Below, in pieces: positions 57,055 through 64,000 of a DNA stretch of 64,000 nucleotides. The translations under genes and the position numbers were made by a program. Within the stretch, counting starts at the first letter, position 1, and each line of letters begins with the position of its first letter. The notes under the pieces are model-generated. The model had not been told where the DNA came from, did not search any database, and saw only the letters and a list, made by a program, of their open reading frames with translations. This DNA comes from Candidatus Uhrbacteria bacterium (GTDB lineage: Bacteria; Patescibacteriota; Patescibacteriia; UBA9934; GWF2-40-263): the NCBI GenBank assembly GCA_016844925.1, contig JAERTI010000043.1, positions 66,642-130,641 on the forward strand. The letters run 5' to 3'.

Positions 57055-57125
57055 GCTGAGGCGAGGCACGTCCTCACGTTGGAGGATGGTGTATAGAGAA
57101 GACGACTTAGCCCAAGGAGGTGCTC

Positions 57126-57260
57126 ATGCACCGAGATGAGTCACAACAGAAAGAGCGAGACGGCATCCACATGGCCACCATGTTCGGTCTTCTCGCGGCG
57201 AGCCTCGCTGTCTGGGGACTGGTGTTCTACGGAGCTTGGCTGCTGCTGGCCTGAGTCGGC
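57126..57260 (+). CDS. small membrane peptide (44 aa)
   Basis: AAGGAGG RBS; hydrophobic C-terminus; not in ORF track. Confidence 0.3.
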
Positions 57261-57451
57261 TGACAGCACACGCTGGCGAGCGCAAACGCAACGGCCGTGC
57301 GCGATTCCTGGTTACGATGACCAGTTGAGTCGCGACACGGCAACCCATCTGACTTCTGGATCTGGATTGAGAAGTCAGATGGGGAAACCCAACACCTGAT
57401 TCACGGGCCAGCGGGCCCACTGACCCCGGTCGCCGGGGAGAAAGGGAGACG

Positions 57452-57658
57452 ATGCTTAAAGGCATCATCACGTTCGTGCTCTCATGGTTCGATGTTGATA
57501 CCGATCGCCCGATGATCACATTCTTCGCGATCATTGTCTTGGCGATTGTGGGCGGGTTTAGCGTTGACTCGCTCAAGGGAGAGGTTGAGGAGCTGAAGCT
57601 GGCCGTGTGTCAGTGTCAGTGCGAGCAAGGCAAAGCGCTTTGTGGAAAGGGTGAGTGA
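57452..57658 (+). CDS. small membrane protein with CQCQCEQ tail
   Basis: first of 4 overlapping small membrane ORFs. Confidence 0.4.
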   Translation: MLKGIITFVLSWFDVDTDRPMITFFAIIVLAIVGGFSVDSLKGEVEELKLAVCQCQCEQGKALCGKGE

Positions 57659-57659
57659 T

Positions 57660-57833
57660 ATGTGGAAAACTGATGAGCGGTTTTACACCAAGTGCACCTT
57701 CATGGTTTCCGTATTGCTCCTATGCGCGCCGTTGTTCTTCGGCACGTGGGAACAGATCAAGACACTCTCTACAGAGCGAGATGCTCTAGAGGTCCAGCTC
57801 TACGAGCTTGGCTGTGCGCAGGAGAAGAAATGA
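57660..57833 (+). CDS. small membrane protein
   Basis: start overlaps preceding stop. Confidence 0.35.
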   Translation: MWKTDERFYTKCTFMVSVLLLCAPLFFGTWEQIKTLSTERDALEVQLYELGCAQEKK

Positions 57834-58120
57834 AACTCAAGATTAAGATGCTACTTTCACTGGCGGTCGTCTACGCCATGTACATGACGGTCATTCAGCT
57901 CGCATGGATGCACTTCATCGGATCGCTTTGGCGAGTTGTGGTGATCTTGGTGGCTTTTGTCATCGGTTGCATCTTTCACGGAATCATCTTGAAGGCTAGC
58001 GGCGAGGTAATCGATTCGTCAGATTCGGTCCTTGTTGGACAGCTTGCATCTGTGGCTCACGCGAGTCTGTACGCGCTGGTGATGTTCGGCATTCCGTTGA
58101 CCATCGCGCAGTTGTTCTAA
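57830..58120 (+). CDS. small membrane protein (96 aa)
   Basis: ATGA start/stop overlap. Confidence 0.4.
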   Translation: MKLKIKMLLSLAVVYAMYMTVIQLAWMHFIGSLWRVVVILVAFVIGCIFHGIILKASGEVIDSSDSVLVGQLASVAHASLYALVMFGIPLTIAQLF

Positions 58121-58130
58121 GGAGATTGAG

Positions 58131-58412
58131 ATGAACGAAGTTCTCAAGGTCTGGCTCTACGCACTTGTGAGCGCACTGTTGATCAACGGCGTGGCTCTCG
58201 GGTTCTCTGTTTTCAAGCTGGCTGATCCCATGATGTGGCAAGCAGCAGGCATGCTTGCAAGCGCGGCATCAGTCGCCGCCTTGGTTCCTACCATCAAGCG
58301 CTTCAAATTCTTGATGGACTACGTGTCTAACACGACATACTTCCAGGTGCTCGGTGTGAGCGCCTATCTCTGGATCATCTTCCCCCTGCAGTGGTGGGAG
58401 TGGATTCAGTAA
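58131..58412 (+). CDS. small membrane protein (93 aa)
   Basis: AAGGAG RBS, three TM helices. Confidence 0.45.
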   Translation: MNEVLKVWLYALVSALLINGVALGFSVFKLADPMMWQAAGMLASAASVAALVPTIKRFKFLMDYVSNTTYFQVLGVSAYLWIIFPLQWWEWIQ

Positions 58413-58644
58413 GGCTCTGACGAGCTAAACCCGTAGCAGGTTCGGAATCAGGATCGTGGTTGTAAAGACCAGTTCTGATTCATCTGAGGCGGGAAACGGT
58501 TTACGCGACCCAAGTTGACGCAGACTTGGGGCTACCTACATGTACTTAAACCTTGAGTGCAGCTAGGTGGTCTTGATCTCAGAAGTTTGAGGCGGTAGGG
58601 TCTTAAACTCCTGGGATGAATGAATCATCCTGGTAGGAGGGTGT

Positions 58645-59127
58645 GTGCCAGGACGGATCTACACGCAGAAAGAGGTGCGCGAGAAGCAAGAAAAACTTCT
58701 CGAGCTCTATCAGGAGGCAAAGCGCATTGCCCTGCAGGTGGCAGAGGCCGCCTTCGAGGAAACCGGTGCGAAAGAGACGCTTTTGCGTCAGTATGATGAT
58801 CTGCAGCTTGAGATCGAGTTCTCAGGCGGTGATCAGATCGGCTGGATGGTGTGCACCGGCAGTGGGCACAATCTCATCTTTGCCAAGCTGTTCCAGTTTG
58901 AGTGCTACTTCTCCGAGAAGAGAGAGGGAAGGCCTCACATCTTTGTCCGGTGGAGCGGTGAAGGGTTCATGGTGGTCGTGGACGACTGCCCCGCGGTGCA
59001 CGTGGACTACGGCGTGGACATCCTTTACGGCGAGTACACGATTCGCATCTTCCGCAACACGGAAGAGATCGACGAGTGGTCAAAGACCAAGCAGGCTGAG
59101 CACATCGCTCGCACACGCGTCGAGTAA
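58645..59127 (+). CDS. hypothetical protein (160 aa)
   Basis: GGAGGG RBS followed by GTG. Confidence 0.5.
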   Translation: MPGRIYTQKEVREKQEKLLELYQEAKRIALQVAEAAFEETGAKETLLRQYDDLQLEIEFSGGDQIGWMVCTGSGHNLIFAKLFQFECYFSEKREGRPHIFVRWSGEGFMVVVDDCPAVHVDYGVDILYGEYTIRIFRNTEEIDEWSKTKQAEHIARTRVE

Positions 59128-59221
59128 TTCGACGAGTCTGCCACGCAGACCAACACCGGCAGGGTGAAGCCGGTACGCTATGACAAGCAGAACACCCGGA
59201 CGCTTGTCACTACTGACCCGC

Positions 59222-59262
59222 GCTCGATAAGTTCGAGAGCGGATCGGTGGATGTTCTATCTG
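59222..59262 (+). repeat. G-type hairpin repeat (ACTGACCCGCGCTCGA n4 TCGAGAGCGGATCGGTGG)
   Basis: 16-bp imperfect stem, variable 4-nt loop; four copies. Confidence 0.55.
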
Positions 59263-59352
59263 CACCAAACACCCGTGATCTGCATGCTCGGGGGTAATGA
59301 TGCCCCTTGAGACAAGCAGCACCGGCCCTTCTGCTGAGAGGCAGGAGCGACA

Positions 59353-59949
59353 ATGGGACGTGAGCAGGAAATTGATGAGCGACTGACGCGCCTAGAGATC
59401 GAGACGCACCTGGATACGTTGTACGCTTACAGAGAGAGACTCAGGGTGAAGATGGATGATCTCCAATGGCACTATGAGCGAATTCCATTCATGCAGTCTG
59501 AGGAGCTTTTTAGGAAGCAGGTTCATGCTGCTGGTCTGGAGATTGCGCATGTGCAGCGGCAGCTTGATGCTAGTGATGAGATGATCAGGAGCTTCAAGCG
59601 ACAGGTCGCCAGTCACAGGGCTGCCCAAGGGCTGGTCGTCGTTCAGGATGTTGATGATGGTGGACTGAGTCTGGTACAGGGAACAAAGTTTCCGACTCCA
59701 AGAACGGTATCTCATCACTGGTTCGTGCGATTGCTGCTGGCAGCCAAGATCCTTGAAGTGGATCACGGTGCGGCCGCAGAGCAGGCCTCTCAGGGGCTTG
59801 AGGTGGTCGACTCCGTTGACCGCGGCGGACTGACCGTCTCGTCCGGGGGAGGGCAGCTCGCCCTTACTGATAACAAGACCACGGAGCCACTCCTTCAGGA
59901 ACCTACACGTTCCTGGTGGCGAAGGTTCACGTCATGGCTGACGTCATGA
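59353..59949 (+). CDS. hypothetical protein (198 aa)
   Basis: AGGAG RBS. Confidence 0.5.
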   Translation: MGREQEIDERLTRLEIETHLDTLYAYRERLRVKMDDLQWHYERIPFMQSEELFRKQVHAAGLEIAHVQRQLDASDEMIRSFKRQVASHRAAQGLVVVQDVDDGGLSLVQGTKFPTPRTVSHHWFVRLLLAAKILEVDHGAAAEQASQGLEVVDSVDRGGLTVSSGGGQLALTDNKTTEPLLQEPTRSWWRRFTSWLTS

Positions 59950-59992
59950 CAAGTAAACATTACGACGGGTGGACAATCGTGTTCACCCGGCT

Positions 59993-60031
59993 ACTGACCC
60001 GCGCTCGACAAGTTCGAGAGCGGATCGGTGG
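59993..60031 (+). repeat. G-type hairpin repeat
   Basis: loop caag. Confidence 0.55.
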
Positions 60032-60085
60032 ACGTGAGTTCACTGGAACACTGTCTCGGCAAGGCCGAGAGAAAGGACTGACGCG

Positions 60086-60601
60086 ATGCGTTGGTTGATC
60101 ATGGTGGTTGTCTTGAACCTGTTGCCAGGCACCGTCCTGGCTGGCGAGTTCATGCACAGTCCACCGCACCTGCAAAAGGTGCAGAGGGCCATGCGAGTGG
60201 TCCATGGTGATGGGTACGTGCCGAGGGAAATCAAGCTGGAACGCTTCGAGTGTTACCAGAATGCGTTTCTCTCTTTTGTGGACGTGCTAGACGCACAAGT
60301 GGAGGCGGCAGAGACGGGGCTGGTTCAGCTCAGTTTCACCGTCGATTTTCTGCGTTGTGCTCAAGTGCATGTTCCTGGAGAAGTCGGCATCTTCATGCCC
60401 GCATGGGAGACGGCCGTCAACATCGCTCTACAGCGAGAGGCCAAGCAGGCACTGAGGCGTCTGCGTAGGGATTACACCCAGCAGGATCGCAAGAAGCTCA
60501 TGAGGCTGCTGCGACTCAGGGGCATCACGCTTCTGGAGATCGGTACGCATCCTGAGGAGCTGCGCAAGTTGCGTCGTTCGACCACGAAGATGCAGAAGTA
60601 A
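60086..60601 (+). CDS. secreted protein (171 aa)
   Basis: signal peptide. Confidence 0.5.
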   Translation: MRWLIMVVVLNLLPGTVLAGEFMHSPPHLQKVQRAMRVVHGDGYVPREIKLERFECYQNAFLSFVDVLDAQVEAAETGLVQLSFTVDFLRCAQVHVPGEVGIFMPAWETAVNIALQREAKQALRRLRRDYTQQDRKKLMRLLRLRGITLLEIGTHPEELRKLRRSTTKMQK

Positions 60602-60628
60602 GTCTGCTTTTCTGAAAGGGTGATAGAG

Positions 60629-60955
60629 ATGAATGACGAGTTTGATCAGTTGCCCCTTCCGTTGATTCGCGTGCTCGCGGAACTTCCAGGGGTGGAGCCA
60701 CCCAATGATCCGTGCTGGATCCAGCTTGATGATGAGGATCTTCAATGGTTCCTCCGTGGGTTGCAAGAAAGGCCCAAGCTCCTCAAGGGAGTGCAGGTGG
60801 AATTGAGCGTTGAGGTTACCGATTTGGGTGATCTGACCAGACGGAGCCTCGTTGAGATGCTCTGCGAAAGATCGGACGAGATCCTTGGATTGAAGGTCAG
60901 GGTCTTTTCCACGCACGAGCAGCTGGGAACGCTGCTCTACGGCCTGAGGCAGTAA
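60629..60955 (+). CDS. hypothetical acidic protein
   Basis: second ORF in the same cassette. Confidence 0.45.
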   Translation: MNDEFDQLPLPLIRVLAELPGVEPPNDPCWIQLDDEDLQWFLRGLQERPKLLKGVQVELSVEVTDLGDLTRRSLVEMLCERSDEILGLKVRVFSTHEQLGTLLYGLRQ

Positions 60956-60974
60956 ACGCTCAGGCAATACCCAC

Positions 60975-61132
60975 AAGCGTTCATGTTCCTTGGTTGACCA
61001 GCTCGGTCAGAGGCAAGGAGGAACAGCGATTGTGGGAGACGGTGAGATACCGTCAACGAGCCCAAGTCATACGGACTTGGGACTACTGACCCGCGCTCGA
61101 GAGATCGAGAGCGGATCGGTGGACACAACGTT
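60975..61132 (+). repeat. about 150-nt structured element ending in a G-type hairpin, copy 1
   Basis: about 85% identical to 61845..61998 with compensatory changes. Confidence 0.55.
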
Positions 61133-61174
61133 CATCGGAATCTCATCTCCGCATCGTGGAGAGAAGGGAAAGAG

Positions 61175-61462
61175 GTGCGTAAGTACTTCGTCTACATTTT
61201 TTTGCTTGGAGCGGTCTTCAACATCTGTCTGATCATTGCCTCTCGGACGCTCACGTTCGAGATGCAGGGATTTTGGCTGGTGATGCTTGGTGGGGTTTTG
61301 TTCGGATTTGGTCTGGGTCTCATGTTGGCGCACCACGGTCGTCAGGTTGTCCAGTACGTGCGGATGTTGCCTTCAGAGCGCTCCATCATCTTCCAACTTC
61401 TGGCCTCCATCATGGTGATGTTCTCCATCTTGCCGGTAGTGCTTGTACTGCTGGTGGGTTAG
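61175..61462 (+). CDS. small membrane protein (95 aa)
   Basis: GTG start, three TM helices. Confidence 0.45.
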   Translation: MRKYFVYIFLLGAVFNICLIIASRTLTFEMQGFWLVMLGGVLFGFGLGLMLAHHGRQVVQYVRMLPSERSIIFQLLASIMVMFSILPVVLVLLVG

Positions 61463-61463
61463 G

Positions 61464-61826
61464 GTGCAGTCGCAGGCAGAGCCCCTGGGTTACCTGGGCA
61501 TCATCCGTCGGCTCAAGGGTGGGGCGTGGCGCTTCAAGGTCTACGAGGTCCTCGACAAGGAACAGGTGGAAACGCTCCCCGGCTTCAAGAAGAAGGTGAA
61601 TCCGCCCATACGCTTTTTCGGCGCGGGCGCACACCTGGAGTTCACTACGCGCGGGTGTACGCACATCATCGGGCACATGCAGGAATTCAGACTTGGCAAG
61701 AGTCTGAAGTTCATCTACTACTGCGCCGCGTTGCACGACAAGGATGTGGACCTCGAGTGGTACGCACGCCAGATGTGCAGCAATCTGATCATGAACGGGT
61801 TCGAGCTGACGCCTGAGTCAACGTGA
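61464..61826 (+). CDS. hypothetical protein (120 aa)
   Basis: GTG start overlapping previous stop. Confidence 0.4.
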   Translation: MQSQAEPLGYLGIIRRLKGGAWRFKVYEVLDKEQVETLPGFKKKVNPPIRFFGAGAHLEFTTRGCTHIIGHMQEFRLGKSLKFIYYCAALHDKDVDLEWYARQMCSNLIMNGFELTPEST

Positions 61827-61844
61827 TCAAGAGTGACAGCCCAC

Positions 61845-61998
61845 CTTCGTTTAGGTTCCTTTGTTGACCAGCTCGGTCAGAGGCAAAGAGGAACATCGGA
61901 TGTGGGAGACGGTGCAATACCGTCGACGACCTCAAGTCAAACGGACTTGAGGGCACTGACCCGCGCTCGAGTAGATCGAGAGCGGATCAGTGGTTAGC
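61845..61998 (+). repeat. about 150-nt structured element ending in a G-type hairpin, copy 2
   Basis: paralog of 60975..61132. Confidence 0.55.
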
Positions 61999-62111
61999 CA
62001 CTGTGAACTCCTCGTGCCCTTTGGGTATAGCTGGGAGGAAAGCCCAGTGAGAGGAATCTGTGCAGGCCGTGAGGTCGCATAGAGCGGGCGAGAGTCCGTG
62101 ATGAGTAGAAG

Positions 62112-62534
62112 ATGAGTGAAGTCTGGTGGGAAATCGCCGTAGTGTTGATGCTTGCCTTGTTGGGACTTGGCATGATGGAAATCCTGATCCTGGTCCTCGG
62201 GCGGATGACCATTCTGTGGTATAGGCGTCAGCCGTTCCACCTGGTCTGGCGCAAGGGCTGTGACTACGAGATCATCCCGCTGCGCGTCGGGCAGATCGTG
62301 GAGCTGGATACGGAGCTCTTCGCCGAAGCGCTCGCCGAGGGTTTCGTGCAAGTGACTCGTGGGGACCATGTCCCCATGATCGTTCGGGAGGGCTATGTGC
62401 ACTCCCGGCGTGTGGATGGCTGCAGCTTCAAGCTGTACGTCGGCTCCAAGTCCTACCAGCGCGCTGAATCGTTCGTCCGGCGCCGCAAGGTCGTCAACGG
62501 GCTCCGTGCCACGTTCGGGTACGATCCCAAGTAA
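62112..62534 (+). CDS. hypothetical protein with N-terminal TM (140 aa)
   Basis: ORF within cassette. Confidence 0.45.
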   Translation: MSEVWWEIAVVLMLALLGLGMMEILILVLGRMTILWYRRQPFHLVWRKGCDYEIIPLRVGQIVELDTELFAEALAEGFVQVTRGDHVPMIVREGYVHSRRVDGCSFKLYVGSKSYQRAESFVRRRKVVNGLRATFGYDPK

Positions 62535-62578
62535 GCAGGCGAGCTACGCGCTCACCGTGAGGATGCTCTCCTCCGGTG

Positions 62579-62645
62579 GGCTCCTCAACAGAGAGGTTGA
62601 CCACGTAAAGCCCTTTGGGCCACGTGGCAAGATCGACAGCTCTGT
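62579..62645 (+). repeat. attC-like repeat, B-type variant (internal gcccTTTGgggc hairpin)
   Basis: compensatory variant of the B-type internal hairpin. Confidence 0.55.
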
Positions 62646-62697
62646 TGGGGAACCATCCCTACAAACGTCCCGGCGTATCCGGGTAAAGGACACAGAG

Positions 62698-62859
62698 ATG
62701 GTAGAACAGGCATTTTTCGCAGGCGTGATCGCCGCGGGACTCGCTCTTCTTCTGGGAGCGCTGCTTCAGCGCTGGTTCAAGCACATCAAGAACAACGCGA
62801 CCCTGGAGACGACCAAGCCCTGGGCGGACGATGGAGGTGAAGATGGAGATGAGTCCTGA
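62698..62859 (+). CDS. small membrane protein (53 aa)
   Basis: cccggc..ccggg-TAAAGGA leader. Confidence 0.4.
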   Translation: MVEQAFFAGVIAAGLALLLGALLQRWFKHIKNNATLETTKPWADDGGEDGDES

Positions 62860-63286
62860 GGCAACGATCTACCTCACTGGAGTGGGCGTCGTAGCAGTAC
62901 TGGCTCTCGGCTTGTACGTGTACTTCCTGATCCGTTCCTCGCAGAAGCTGTGGATCCTCCACACCATGCGGGTGAATAAGGGTCCCGTCTACGCGTTCGC
63001 GTCGGCGGTCTCCTGGGGCGTTCCCTACACCTGGGTTCATGCACAAGACCAGCCTTCGTCATCGTCGCTGTTTGTGAAGCAGGTGAGCAAGACAACTCTG
63101 TGTGCTTCACTCTCGGTTGGTGAGGAGTATCACAAGACCGAGATTGGTCTGGAGCTTGATCAGGAGATGTCGTTCAGCTACAAGACTGGGGTCATGATCC
63201 AGGAAATCCACGTGTTTCCGGATGAGCAGGACGTCCTTCGGTTTTGTCGAGATCACGAGATCCACCTGGCTTCGGTCTTCGACTAG
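62849..63286 (+). CDS. membrane-anchored protein, paralog family Y
   Basis: GGAGGTG RBS; paralog of 63471..63914. Confidence 0.5.
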   Translation: MSPEATIYLTGVGVVAVLALGLYVYFLIRSSQKLWILHTMRVNKGPVYAFASAVSWGVPYTWVHAQDQPSSSSLFVKQVSKTTLCASLSVGEEYHKTEIGLELDQEMSFSYKTGVMIQEIHVFPDEQDVLRFCRDHEIHLASVFD

Positions 63287-63384
63287 TGAACCTACGTCCA
63301 TGGCGGCGGCCTAACGAACACGCAACGAGAGCTGTCCTTGTGACTCCTGGTGACGACAACCGGTAGAGACACAGGACGGCTTCC

Positions 63385-63425
63385 TCTCTGGCTTCTCGAG
63401 TTCGCTCGAGGGGCAGGAGAGGGAA
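63385..63425 (+). repeat. diverged A-type attC-like repeat (CCTCTC ... CTCGAGttcgCTCGAG ... GAGAGG)
   Basis: R-boxes changed but still complementary. Confidence 0.4.
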
Positions 63426-63470
63426 TCATCCCTACGAACGTCCCGGCGTATCCGGGTAAAGGATAGAGAG

Positions 63471-63914
63471 GTGAGTTCCGAGTTCATTACCGTCATGGTA
63501 TGGATCACGGTCATTGGCTTCATTTGCGTGGGGCTGACCTGGTACATGCTCAAGCGTTCGTACAGGAAGTTGTGGGTGCTGCACACGGTGCAGTTCACGG
63601 GCAGCAAGCAGATCCACGGCTACCTCAAGCCTGTGGCCTGGCGCGAGCCTTACGTGCAGCTGTTCCATCCGGTGCACCCGCTGCATGGAAACCGTCTGAC
63701 GGTTCGCTGGATCGGTGAGCATTCTGCGTGGGTGCGCTGGGAGACTAGCGACGGCCGCATGGAGTCCAGGATTGGGCTCGGAAGCGGCTTGAAGACCAAC
63801 GTGGCATTCACTGTTGGCACTATCACCACCGAGGTCCGCGTGTTCGCGGGCCCTGATGGGGTAATGATTTTCTGTCGTGACAACGGCGTTGAGCTGATCA
63901 GAGAGCGGGGATAG
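63471..63914 (+). CDS. membrane-anchored protein, paralog family Y
   Basis: same leader as 62665..62697, GTG start. Confidence 0.5.
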   Translation: MSSEFITVMVWITVIGFICVGLTWYMLKRSYRKLWVLHTVQFTGSKQIHGYLKPVAWREPYVQLFHPVHPLHGNRLTVRWIGEHSAWVRWETSDGRMESRIGLGSGLKTNVAFTVGTITTEVRVFAGPDGVMIFCRDNGVELIRERG

Positions 63915-64000
63915 GTATGTCAGTGTTCACGACATTAGCGAGCGTGTCCTAAAGATACGTGACAAGAGATAATACGTAAGTACCGACGTGCCCTCGGCTC

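Larger units (their letters stand above)
45100..64000 (+). mobile_element. integron-like gene-cassette array (about 30 cassettes), no intI/attI in window
   Basis: co-oriented small ORFs each followed by an attC-like imperfect inverted repeat CCTCAAC..L''..L'..GTTGRGG; several repeat families. Confidence 0.6.

Noticed and set aside
58643-59167. 174-aa plus-strand ORF overlapping 58645..59127 in another frame
   Set aside because: Arg/Ser-rich low-complexity product. The alternative frame 58645..59127 has an RBS and a globular-looking sequence.
60975-61998. Tiny conserved ORF (about 17 aa, WETVxYRxRxQVxRT) inside the duplicated 150-nt element, with an AAGGAGG-like sequence 8 nt upstream
   Set aside because: Substitutions between the two copies are mostly non-synonymous, while the hairpins show compensatory pairing. 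Conservation is better explained by RNA/DNA structure than by coding.

Overview
The window is a compositional mosaic. Moderate-GC segments at about 1-27330 and 39300-41400 carry ordinary housekeeping genes. Two sharply bounded high-GC segments, about 27330-39300 and about 41400-64000, are interleaved with them.

Moderate-GC segments: lepB; a histidine kinase/response regulator pair; a type IV pilus locus (pilB, pilC, pilM-like, several pilins); tRNA-Ile and tRNA-Phe; a thr operon (thrA-asd-kinase-thrC) with a Thr-codon leader peptide; an isolated minus-strand 16S rRNA gene; khpA-like, pyrD, trmD; and, in the short segment, rlmN and rpsP.

First high-GC island (27.3-39.3 kb), entirely minus-strand: a GluR0-like ligand-gated K+ channel, a DUF4178-like/SpeE-like/DUF350/lipoprotein membrane cluster, two small paralogous proteins each followed by a terminator+promoter module, and several hypotheticals.

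Second high-GC island (41.4 kb to the window end): about 45 small plus-strand ORFs, mostly of no recognisable family. They are separated by several families of structured imperfect inverted repeats that resemble integron attC sites (inverse core CCTCAAC ... core GTTGRGG, internal CTCGAG/GTTGAT boxes, variable centre). I read this as a long integron-like gene-cassette array. No integron integrase or attI was found in the window, so it is a CALIN-like array or the intI lies outside the window. The array also contains conserved structured 5'-UTR motifs with compensatory base changes, UUCG-type tetraloop hairpins, paralogous cassette families and small Cys-rich peptides. I consider it the most interesting system in the window.

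Coordinates of non-ORF elements are approximate, within about 2 nt.
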